From Entomortierella parvispora E1425 (Eukaryota > Fungi > Mortierellomycota), in NCBI GenBank assembly GCA_020891255.1, contig BQFW01000015.1, forward strand, positions 1,240,001 to 1,304,000: a DNA stretch of 64,000 nucleotides. The letters are read 5' to 3'. A program made the position numbers and the translations under genes. The notes below the pieces were generated by a model, which was not told the DNA's origin, did not search any database, and saw only the letters and a list, made by a program, of their open reading frames with translations. The number at the start of each line of letters is the position of its first letter. The first letter of the stretch is position 1. Below are positions 25,441 through 34,457 of this stretch, one piece after another.

Positions 25441-25612
25441 GCCGAGCCTTTCATCCCCCCCTCTCCCCCCTCTCCCCCCAAAGGAGTGTTGTCGAAGGAA
25501 TTAGTAGTTTATAAACAAAATTTGGACAATGCAAAGAAACAAATGCAGATGAGGGGATGGATGCGGGAAAGAAGGAGTAGAGAGGAATCTATCTAGAATC
25601 TAGAGTTTCTTT

Positions 25613-27271
25613 TTAGAAGCGGTTCAGGGAAGCCTTTGTCTGGTCAAAGTCCTTTTCGACAATATAGGAAGAAGGACCATCGACATTGTCAGGAGACTGA
25701 TATCCCGAATGGATGGGTGACGCTGCAGCGACCCGTTCCAACTGTGCGACCTTTGCGCAGGCATCCCAATCCAACCAAGTGGTGCACTCTGAGCATCGCA
25801 CGGCGTCCAAGGGAATCTTCTTCAGGCAGAAATCGCAGGCTTTCTCAGTCACCTCCGTCTTGACGTTGCGACCCACTTGGTAAACTAATATTAATAATTG
25901 ACAGAAAATATTAGAAAAAAAAAAAGGTCCAAGGTGTGTTGTCTGAATAGTATTCAACGTTGACCAGGCTCTCTTACTCTTGACAATGAGGAAGACACAT
26001 CCAGAGACAATAAAGAAGTTGATGACGGTCTGAAGGAAGTTTCCCCAGTTCCAGGTGATTTCACCATGGGCTTGTGCAAGTGCACGTGTAGGATACTGGG
26101 GAGAAAGATGAGACCCAAAATCAAATGTGGGTTAGATAATGATCCATGGTTCTGTTTTCCATGTCATTTCCAAAAATAAACAAATAAATAAAAAAAAACT
26201 CACGTTTAGATCTGTCGAGTTCTTGCGCAAGACAAGGAAGTTCTCTTCCAAGTTCTTGCCCGAAGCCAAGGCGATGATGGGTGTAATGATATCAGTTACC
26301 AAACTTGTGACAATCTAGAGCGGGAAAAGCGGACAAAAAGATAATGGAATGTTTAGATGGAGCCATTCATCCAATTGCCTTTCGCCTTCATGAACAGGCT
26401 CGAAGCGACTTACAGAAGTGAAAGCAGCACCTGGAGTAAATAAAAAAGAGTAAAGGTGGGAGAGCAAGAAGTGGAGGCGTTAGAAGGTCTTGACCTATCG
26501 TGATCACGAAGGGGTTCTTCAAAAAAAAAAAAAAAGTAACCAGGAAAACTTACCAATAACCACGGCAACAGCAAGATCAACGACGTTGCCACGATCCATG
26601 AACTTGCGATAGTCGGCAAAGAAGGAGACACCGTAGCTGACACCGGGGACCCTGTTCAACACACCTCCGACATTGTTGACGCCCTTCTCGACTATTTTTT
26701 GTTTGTTCCGAGAAAGTTGATCACAAAGCGCATGAGAGTCAGGATTTGTTTGTTTTGCAGCATTGTTGTGAACCAAAGTAAAAAGTCCGATGAGGATGAA
26801 AAAAGAAAAAAAATTCAGGTCCGAGCTCCAAAAGAGGGGGAGAGACATGCAAGGGACCCAATTCGTTCGTTGTTGACTCAGATTTCTTTTTTTTTCTTGT
26901 TTGGGATCGATCAAGGGGGATCTTTTTCGCAATGAAAAGAAACAACAGCAGAACAGGCCCGCTATCAAGATGAGACTAGGGCCATCTTTACAAACAACAG
27001 AGGCAAAGCACGCGATGCGCGATCTACATCAGGGAATCTAAGAGTCGAACGGATCATTCTCCTTACCCTGGGAGATGCCTCCACGGACAACCTTGGTGCC
27101 CTGAGCGACGCCTCCGACAACAGCCTGGGTTCCCTGGGTGAATCCACGGGTGACAGCCTTGGCTGGGTTCCTGGATTTCTTCTTTGTCTTCTCGTTAAAA
27201 GAGTCCTGCTGCTGGACAGAAGCGGGGGTGTCAAGCTCATAGGCTCCGTTGTCTCTTGGTGTGTTGCTCAT
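25613..27271 (-). CDS. mscL: Large-conductance mechanosensitive channel (MscL) homolog, 286 aa; exons 27271-27067, 26691-26554, 26430-26414, 26314-26204, 26095-25978, 25884-25613
   Basis: Spliced protein [43 protein letters not shown]...ITWNWGNFLQTVINFFIVSGCVFLIVK carries the MscL S1/TM1/TM2 signature. All five introns are GT-AG and the frame is preserved. Confidence 0.9.
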
Positions 27272-28305
27272 GCTGGTGGGATGGATGTGAGATGGAGATG
27301 GAGATGGAGATGAAGAGAATGAGATGACTGAATGTCGAGGGAGGAGAGAGGGGAGGAAGAAGAGGAAAGAAATAAACAAGAGAATGAGGTCAGGGGGTTT
27401 ATTTAAGCCAGGGATCGGCAGGCGGTTGGGCAAATTGAACGGGGTTTCTTCATTCCCCGATCTGTGTGGTGCGATATGCAGTCAGTGCGGTATCTTCTGA
27501 GGGTACATAACAAGGTCATGATACATGCTATCCCTCCAACAAACACACCGGCTGGCAGTCCGAAGAGAAAGAAAAAAAAAAGAAAGTTGGAACCCAATGC
27601 CAATCATACTTTGCGCATTTTGCACCTTTCCTCTTTCCTCTAGAGAACTTGCTTCTGTTCCCTCCATTTTCTTTTCTCTCTTGTCCCTGTGTCCCGCCCT
27701 AGCTCGGATCAATTGGTTCTTTGGACTAGGAAAGGGGATTTGGACCAGATCCCGCTCTTCATTTCTCAGCATGGTCGCACAGGACAGGGCGAAGAGAATG
27801 GTCCTCCTAATTGCAAACAATGGAGGAATCACTATTTGGCAGGAACACGATCGATCGATCGATAGTATGTCTGCTATCTGCCTGTCTGCTATCTGCTTGT
27901 CTGTCAGCCTCTGACACACCCCTAGGAGTAAGCAGTTCTTTTGAGAAGAGAAAAAAAGAAAAGCCCTGTAGCGAGTGTTGTTTCAGAAGGAAAAAAAGTC
28001 AGCTCCTTTCGCATGACCGTCCTCTGTCTTTCAAAGGAACGATGGCGAGTGAGGTTTTTCCGCCATGCTCAGTGAGAGAAAGATTGGTCCAAAGTTGCAC
28101 TCCCTCTTATTGTGCACACCGAGGGATGGCTTTCACCCATGTTTTCGCAGCCGAGGGAAAACAGGTACATTTACATGAAGCAAGGGAGCGACTCGAACTG
28201 TAGGCTTGCCCAATTCATCCGTCTCAAAAATTACAACTTCCGATCTTTTTTTTTTTTTTTTTTTTGATTTTGCTTACCAAATATTTGTGCGCGCCACAGC
28301 AGTGT

Positions 28306-28545
28306 GTTTGAATCCAGCAGGACCCTGACGCGCTTTGTTGCTGACCGTCAATATGTAGGTAGTCCCGCATTCAGATTCCTGTTATTGTTGGTGCTTTGTT
28401 GTAGCCTTGATCAAGTTCTCTTATGGAATATATGCAAAGGGGATCATCTCCAGAATGACAAGTATATCAAAACACCCACCTTGGTATATATTCCTGAATG
28501 AGGGTCTAGACTGTTCACCTTGGGAAAATACAAGGTACTTACCAT
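28306..28545 (-). pseudogene. Decayed relic A of the 3' end of the neighbouring F-box gene
   Basis: The minus strand reads GTC TAG ACC CTC ATT CAG GAA versus GTC TGG ACC CTG ATT CAA GAA (VWTLIQE) in the gene at 30008-32431. It shares an identical 34-mer with relic B. Confidence 0.6.
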
Positions 28546-28816
28546 AGTATCAGCTAGCCTAGCTCTCCATTGTTTTCATTTTTTTGATTTTATTATTTAC
28601 TTATAAGAAAGAGTGATTTGCCACTGACAGTCAATCTCCTTGAGTGCGTGCTTCAAGTACATGTAGAGGTAAAAAGCCCACCGTCAAGAGGAGGGCGCAA
28701 TTGGTACGGGGTTGAACAGATTTGAGTGGTGCCAATTCGACCAAAGCCACAGGGCAGGTTTTCCGCACTTTGTTAGCTCGTCAAATATACGCACGCACTC
28801 AGGCAACACAACGGGG

Positions 28817-29045
28817 TATTTGAATCCAGCAGGACCCTGACGCGCTTTGTTGTTGCTGACTCCAAGCATGTATTTTCACATTCAAAATTCAGTCAGGAAA
28901 TACGTGCAAAAGGAAGTCATTTCCAAAATGACAAGTATATCGGAATACACCGTGCTTCATCTATGAATCCTCTAGCCCAGCCCTCGATTCAGATTCTTGA
29001 GCCAGGGTCTAGCTTGGCGGCCCTGTGGAAAGCCCCAGGGGTACT
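28817..29045 (-). pseudogene. Decayed relic B of the 3' end of the neighbouring F-box gene
   Basis: With one gap the minus strand reads WGLSTGPPS*TLAQESESRAGLEDS*MKHGVF versus WGLSKGSSVWTLIQESEPRIKLEDRWRKHGVF in the gene. Confidence 0.7.
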
Positions 29046-29918
29046 TCAGTCACCGCCTGCTCACATTTTTTTTTTTTTTAATTTACTCGCGCGATAGACG
29101 ATAGAGGGTAAACAGAAAGTATGAGTGCGTGAGTCTGCAACAAACGGCAGGAAAAAGGAGGGTTTGCTTAACGATTAAACCAAACCGCTACATCCTCTCC
29201 TCAGCCTTGCAGTGGGATTCATTTGTCAGAACCAGGCCCTCCCAAGCCATCGGGCCATAAGGGCCGCTATACCTGCCTGCCACGGCCAGGAGAGACACCA
29301 CAATATTGTAGTGGCATTCCGGGCATGGAGATCTTGGCGAGAGTCATAATTCCGGTTATGTACTGACTTCAGGCGTGGCCACGCCGAACCGCGACGTTGA
29401 TACTTGCCCGTACTACATGTACTTTCTTGCTCGGATCTGGACCAGTAAAGACACTAAAGTGGCCACAACTGGTCGTGGGTGCTGTATGGAGTTTAATACG
29501 CAGTCTTTCCTGTGGCTAGAGGAAATGAATGTTGTGGACATGGACGGGTACAACGGGGCAGGAGAGAACACGGTCGGAACTGAGGAGAAGGAGCCATTAT
29601 ACCAGATCGAGGACGTCCCAGAAAAAATAGGTAAGAAAAGTGAGGGGAGGGTCTTTGGCAGACCGGTACGTAATACTAGAGATATCAAGAAATTGGATCA
29701 AAGATAAACACCAAAGGAAAGTTTTCAAGGCATCTAAAGACAGCGTCATGAGATTCCTAATGAAATACAAAGTCGATTGGAAATACCAAGGAGCAACAGA
29801 AAGCACGATCAGCACGAAAGGCTTTATATAAAACACAATAGGTGTCTAACAGCTCCCTTGGATGTAGGAAGCAAAGAAGCGAGCACATATCAAAGCACAC
29901 AAGTTCAAGGGCAAAGGA

Positions 29919-29968
29919 CAAGTCAAGGCAAGTCAAGGCAAGTCAAGGCAAGTCAAGGCAAGTCAAGG
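29919..29968. repeat. Tandem repeat (CAAGTCAAGG)x5
   Basis: Five exact 10-nt units read directly. Confidence 0.95.
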
Positions 29969-30007
29969 GGATTCTATTTTTTTATTTTTTCAAAACGACT
30001 TTGTTTA

Positions 30008-32431
30008 TTAAAACACACCGTGTTTCCTCCATCGATCCTCCAGTTTAATTCTCGGCTCAGATTCTTGAATCAGGGTCCAGACGGATGACCCTTTGGAAAG
30101 TCCCCAAAGGCACTTTAGACTTGACCAATTCCTCAAAATCCATCTGGCCTCGTTCTCCGTCAGGTCCTCTCTCTTTTTTTCTTGACAAGGCGCGAATGAA
30201 ACAGTGTGAAGTTTCTTCAGACTTGAGAGTCGAGGAAGAAGGGCGAATGGCAAGGGCACCGCCTTGGAGCCAATGGCCTCGACCTCGTCGTAATGGATCC
30301 GATACGAAGGAGGGAAATGATCTTGACCACAAAAGCATTGGTCGAGATGAAAGGCTAGATCTTGGAGCTGTGACAACCGTGAGAGCTGGGCTAATGTAGC
30401 CTTCCAGGCCTCGGCGTGTTGCTCAGGACTTGCCAAGTCATACAGCAACTCAAAACGCAGTGTTTCCAACCCAATGCAAACCCAGGGTGGCTCTCTTGAC
30501 TCTAGTTGATCCATCATCGAACGGGCGGATATAAAGATGTGTCCAGTCAAGACTCTCAGCTCTGGCCAGCTCACGAGCAGCCGCTGAGTCATAGATGCCT
30601 GGGAATATTTCATATGAAGGTCGACCTCGCTCAAGCGAGGGCAGTGGTTTGCTAGGGCCAGCAAAGTAGAGTCAGAAGTCGTCGGCAGCTGGATCTTGAT
30701 CAGACCAGGCAAGAGTGGGACCAGGCACGATAGGTCCAATACAGATCGGTCCTTGACCAAGAGTACTTTCAAGGGCAAAGGACCGACGTGTATCGCTGCA
30801 GCATGCTCTCCAATCTCCTCGGACTCGTGGACATGGCGGTAAGGCACCACTAGCTGCTCGAGATGTGGCAGACATGCGAGAATGGAAATGAGATCCGCCA
30901 TGGACTGGAAATTGATCGTCAAGGAATGGAGGCGCTCACCCATAGTCTGGAGATCCAGCAATATGAACTGATCAACAGGAGTATAGCCGATTCCCCTCAG
31001 CTCCAACTCCCTTAGCTCTGGAAAAGCACCCAGGACCGAGGCGAGGCTGAAATGACTAGGTTCACCGCAGTAATCATAGAAATAGTATCCTGTTCTGGAG
31101 GGTAGAGCCACATGTAGGGCCGTTAATGTCGCCCGCATCCCTGCATTTGATAACAAAAGCAGCTCGTGCAAGCTAACGTCAACATTGAGATAGAGAGTCT
31201 TGAGCGACGGGACCTTCGCCAATGAGGGCCAAAGGCCATCAGCCCTTGAGTCGAACTTTGTGGCCAGTGGAGGTTCAAAGACTTGGATGCATTTCAAATC
31301 ACTCAATAGCTCACCCCAGAAATAGTGGGCTTCGTTTGCAGCCTGGCAAAGATAAGATATCGTGGGTGGCTCAAAGCGTAGTATCTTCAGCGTCTTGCAG
31401 TTGTCCTTGACAAGCTGCCAACAGATCCGGGAGATGCTTAAGCGCCAAGGTACTATGAGGTCCAATACCCGAGAGTGATGAAAGACATATGGTGGGATTT
31501 CTATCCGTTCTTTGGTGCAGGGTGGTGGGTGGATGGGATCCAATAGTCGCGACAGTTCCCCTTCGTTCCCACTAGGCCCACGTCCATAACCGAAAACATC
31601 CTCTAGTTCTCTACGTCTTTCCTCGACCATTGCCCACTGTGTCTCGACCGACTGCAAGGCCTCCCAGCGCCAATATGATGGCCAGTCATTCATATCAGAA
31701 GTAGTTGACGCATTGGTGACATCGACGTTGTATTGGTGCTCGATGGCCTGCATTCTTCTCTCGACTGGAAACTGAGGGAACAGACGCGACATGCATGACC
31801 GACTAAGGTAATTCGTTCCAAGGTACCCTCTTCTGCGATGAATCCACGGTGCGGCGGCCTTCTCCTCGTGGTCAACGATCATAATGAGTGAAACTACGCC
31901 TGTACACTTCGCCGCTAGAACCACACGTGCCGTCATTGGATGGTGGATCGTTAACCTGCGGATCCGATGTCCGTTAACAGCAAAGGTGGAGTAGATCCTA
32001 CTCCATTGCTTGAGATCCAGCCACTGCAGTGCTTCTTGCTGGCAATGGCACACGTCCAAGGAATCGACTTCGACATCTTTGGCCTCTCCACCACTATAGA
32101 TCCAGCGTATGTACTTGTCCATCTCGTCACTGATAAGACTGACGTTCACGTTGAAACCACTGAGAGGTGTTGCGTAACAGAGAGGACTAGGCCCGATAGT
32201 GCCGAGTTCGCCATTCGTTTTCTTGTTCTCCGTACACGCTTTGATGCATCGTGGGGTCGGTCTCTTGAGAAGAGAGTGCCAAGGTTCGACACCATCATCG
32301 ATTTCCCCCCACAATAGGTCCAAGAAGACTGGGCGCCAATCGCGACTCACACAGGAGCAGCGTTAGAGATCCATGGGCTCCAAAAGGGAGGCGATCTGCT
32401 GAAGAAGCTCCGTAGGAATCTCTTGGTTCAT
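30008..32431 (-). pseudogene. F-box/LRR-type gene of about 807 codons with an in-frame TAA at codon 23 (32363-32365); probable pseudogene, null allele or sequencing error
   Basis: MNQEIPTELLQQIASLLEPMDL*RCSCVSRDWRPVFLDLLW is an F-box interrupted by a stop. The other 780 codons are open, with LRR-like repeats and PPWVCIGLETL / WILRNWSSLKCL motifs. Confidence 0.75.
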
Positions 32432-32590
32432 CCTTATATACAAGAAAGTCTGAAGGTCTGTAAGTAGGAGGAGAGATGAAGAAGAGTGTTTTGGAGAAAG
32501 AACGAGGGGATGCGTTTTTTTATTTTTATTATTATGTACACTGGTGGCCCAGGAGGGTCATTCTCATTAGACAGTGCACAAAAACGAATT

Positions 32591-33919
32591 TTAGAATGCA
32601 AAGATGGTCATCACGACCGTGGTCGTCAGACAACCGATGAGTCGATGGGGCTCTCCAGCACTGCTCCCGCTATCAAGAGGATACAGGCTCGCCAATGTCC
32701 GGTTGTAAGGCGTGTTAGGGCTATTGGCATCATTCGGGCGGAGGGTTGGAACAAGGATCGTTGCATTGCTGTCGCTAGTGTTGTTACGAGTCTCTGTGTT
32801 GCTTTCATTGGTGTTGGTCGTCAGAGCTGATGCATTGCTGGGTGCCAGGACAGCATCTACAGTGCAGTTGATGAGTTGTGAGGGCGACGGCACGGGCTGA
32901 GGGGCCAGGTCTTTGTCTTCCTCGTTGTTGACAGCATCCCCAGCCAAATCACCCATCTCATCGCCTCCATTATATCCAATATCCACTCCCTCGCCCACAA
33001 TTTGATCATTCCCGATGTTGTACACATCTGCAAGAGATTTGCTTGGCTGCGAGGTAACATCCGTTGGCGGATCATCTTGGACACTGTCCACAACATTTTT
33101 GACGGTAGGCACAGAAGACATTGCAGCAACAGTCGGGGCGGTGTTGCCAGACTCCTCCGTCAAGTAAGCCAACTCCAATCTCTCTGGCATCTGTTTGACT
33201 ATTGCAGTATCGGGTGTGGTGCCCACCTGCAAATTCGCTTCAGCGATTGTAGGAGCTAGAGGGACCGTAGTTGCTTCCACTTGCTGGAGTGGAGGCGAAT
33301 TTGTGGCAGCAGTTTCTTTCGCACTGCCACCACTAACATTAATCTCAAAGCAGGTCGAGTATTCTTCGCCATGAGGGTTCCGGTCATATTTCCACCACCA
33401 CACCAGCTGATAAGTGCCTGGTTTTGTGGACTCTGGGATCGTGAGATGGCCATGGCAGCAAGTATTAGGCTCTGAGGGTGAGTCGCAGTTGGCAGACGTA
33501 GCAAAGATCATGGTTCCCAGGACAGTACTGGAGGACAGCTCTGAACGCGTATGGAGCTGCGTATCTGGAACTCCTGACCAATGGATCTCGATAATGGATG
33601 GGTTGGCATCATTCAAATGACCGTCGGGTTGCCAGGTCAAATGCAGTCCTTGCCCAGGCGTGACGGACGCGATCGGGAAGGGGTTATTACCGGGGATGTT
33701 TTGACGACCTGGTTGACAGACTGAAGCATCTGGCCGGCGATCTTGCACGAGGTAAGTGTATTTGGTGTTGATGTCAATGTCCCCTCGAGATGGGTAGCCG
33801 AGGGGGAACCCTGCACATCCATAATCACGCATGTCAGTGCAGTCCAGCCAACTGTGAGCAGAGACGGTTGAGGGCTGGAAGGTTATAACGTTCAGGGCTA
33901 ACAAAAGGGTGAGCAGCAT
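32591..33919 (-). CDS. Secreted, probably GPI-anchored protein with N-terminal His (LPMO-like candidate), 442 aa
   Basis: Signal peptide MLLTLLLALNVITFQPSTVSA then HSWLDC; WQPDGH; LVWWWKY...EEYSTCFEI; acidic S/T/N-rich stalk; hydrophobic C-terminus. An upstream ATG at 33955 is also possible. Confidence 0.8.
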   Translation of the reverse strand: MLLTLLLALNVITFQPSTVSAHSWLDCTDMRDYGCAGFPLGYPSRGDIDINTKYTYLVQDRRPDASVCQPGRQNIPGNNPFPIASVTPGQGLHLTWQPDGHLNDANPSIIEIHWSGVPDTQLHTRSELSSSTVLGTMIFATSANCDSPSEPNTCCHGHLTIPESTKPGTYQLVWWWKYDRNPHGEEYSTCFEINVSGGSAKETAATNSPPLQQVEATTVPLAPTIAEANLQVGTTPDTAIVKQMPERLELAYLTEESGNTAPTVAAMSSVPTVKNVVDSVQDDPPTDVTSQPSKSLADVYNIGNDQIVGEGVDIGYNGGDEMGDLAGDAVNNEEDKDLAPQPVPSPSQLINCTVDAVLAPSNASALTTNTNESNTETRNNTSDSNATILVPTLRPNDANSPNTPYNRTLASLYPLDSGSSAGEPHRLIGCLTTTVVMTIFAF

Positions 33920-34457
33920 CCTGGCTGAGTTGTAAGAGGAATGAGTGGGTGTCATGGCGTCAAGGGGGGTAAAAATATGAAGTTGTAAATGGTAGCCAGA
34001 TTGCAGTGAAAGAAGAAAGATAAGAGAAATGTGAGTGTAGTTGAACCTCATCCTGCCATGTTCTTATATTTATGTAGCAGAAGGAGAATAAGCTTAGAGT
34101 TGTTCCTGGCCTGGCTGGTCAGAAAGAACAATGATGCATCATACGAGTGGCAAAGGGTCTGTCTCCTTTCACCTCGGATTTTATTTGAGTGATGAAAAGG
34201 ACCAATCCCAGACAAGGAGTCGGTGAACGTCGATCTGAAAGTGAGTGTGCTTGGGTGTGCGCATGGCGGTGCCGGACTGGATGTAGTAGAGTCTATCCCG
34301 AAGCATTCCGAATCGTGCGTTGGCCACGGGTTTGTGTGGACGCGCTGTGCAATCCAGGCCATGCTAGAATCCATTTGAGCATTTGGGAGATGATGGGTAC
34401 ACGTGATCAAGACACCAGGGCGCTTTTTCATATTTTTATAGAAAAAAGGGTGTGTGC

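Noticed and set aside
28306-30120. Initial reading of the repeated blocks as a MITE or transposon with terminal repeats
   Set aside because: The copies are direct, lack TIRs and TSDs, and translate to the F-box C-terminus.
32363-32365. Selenocysteine or pyrrolysine recoding at the F-box premature stop
   Set aside because: The codon is TAA, not TGA or TAG, and is not at a catalytic Cys-like position.
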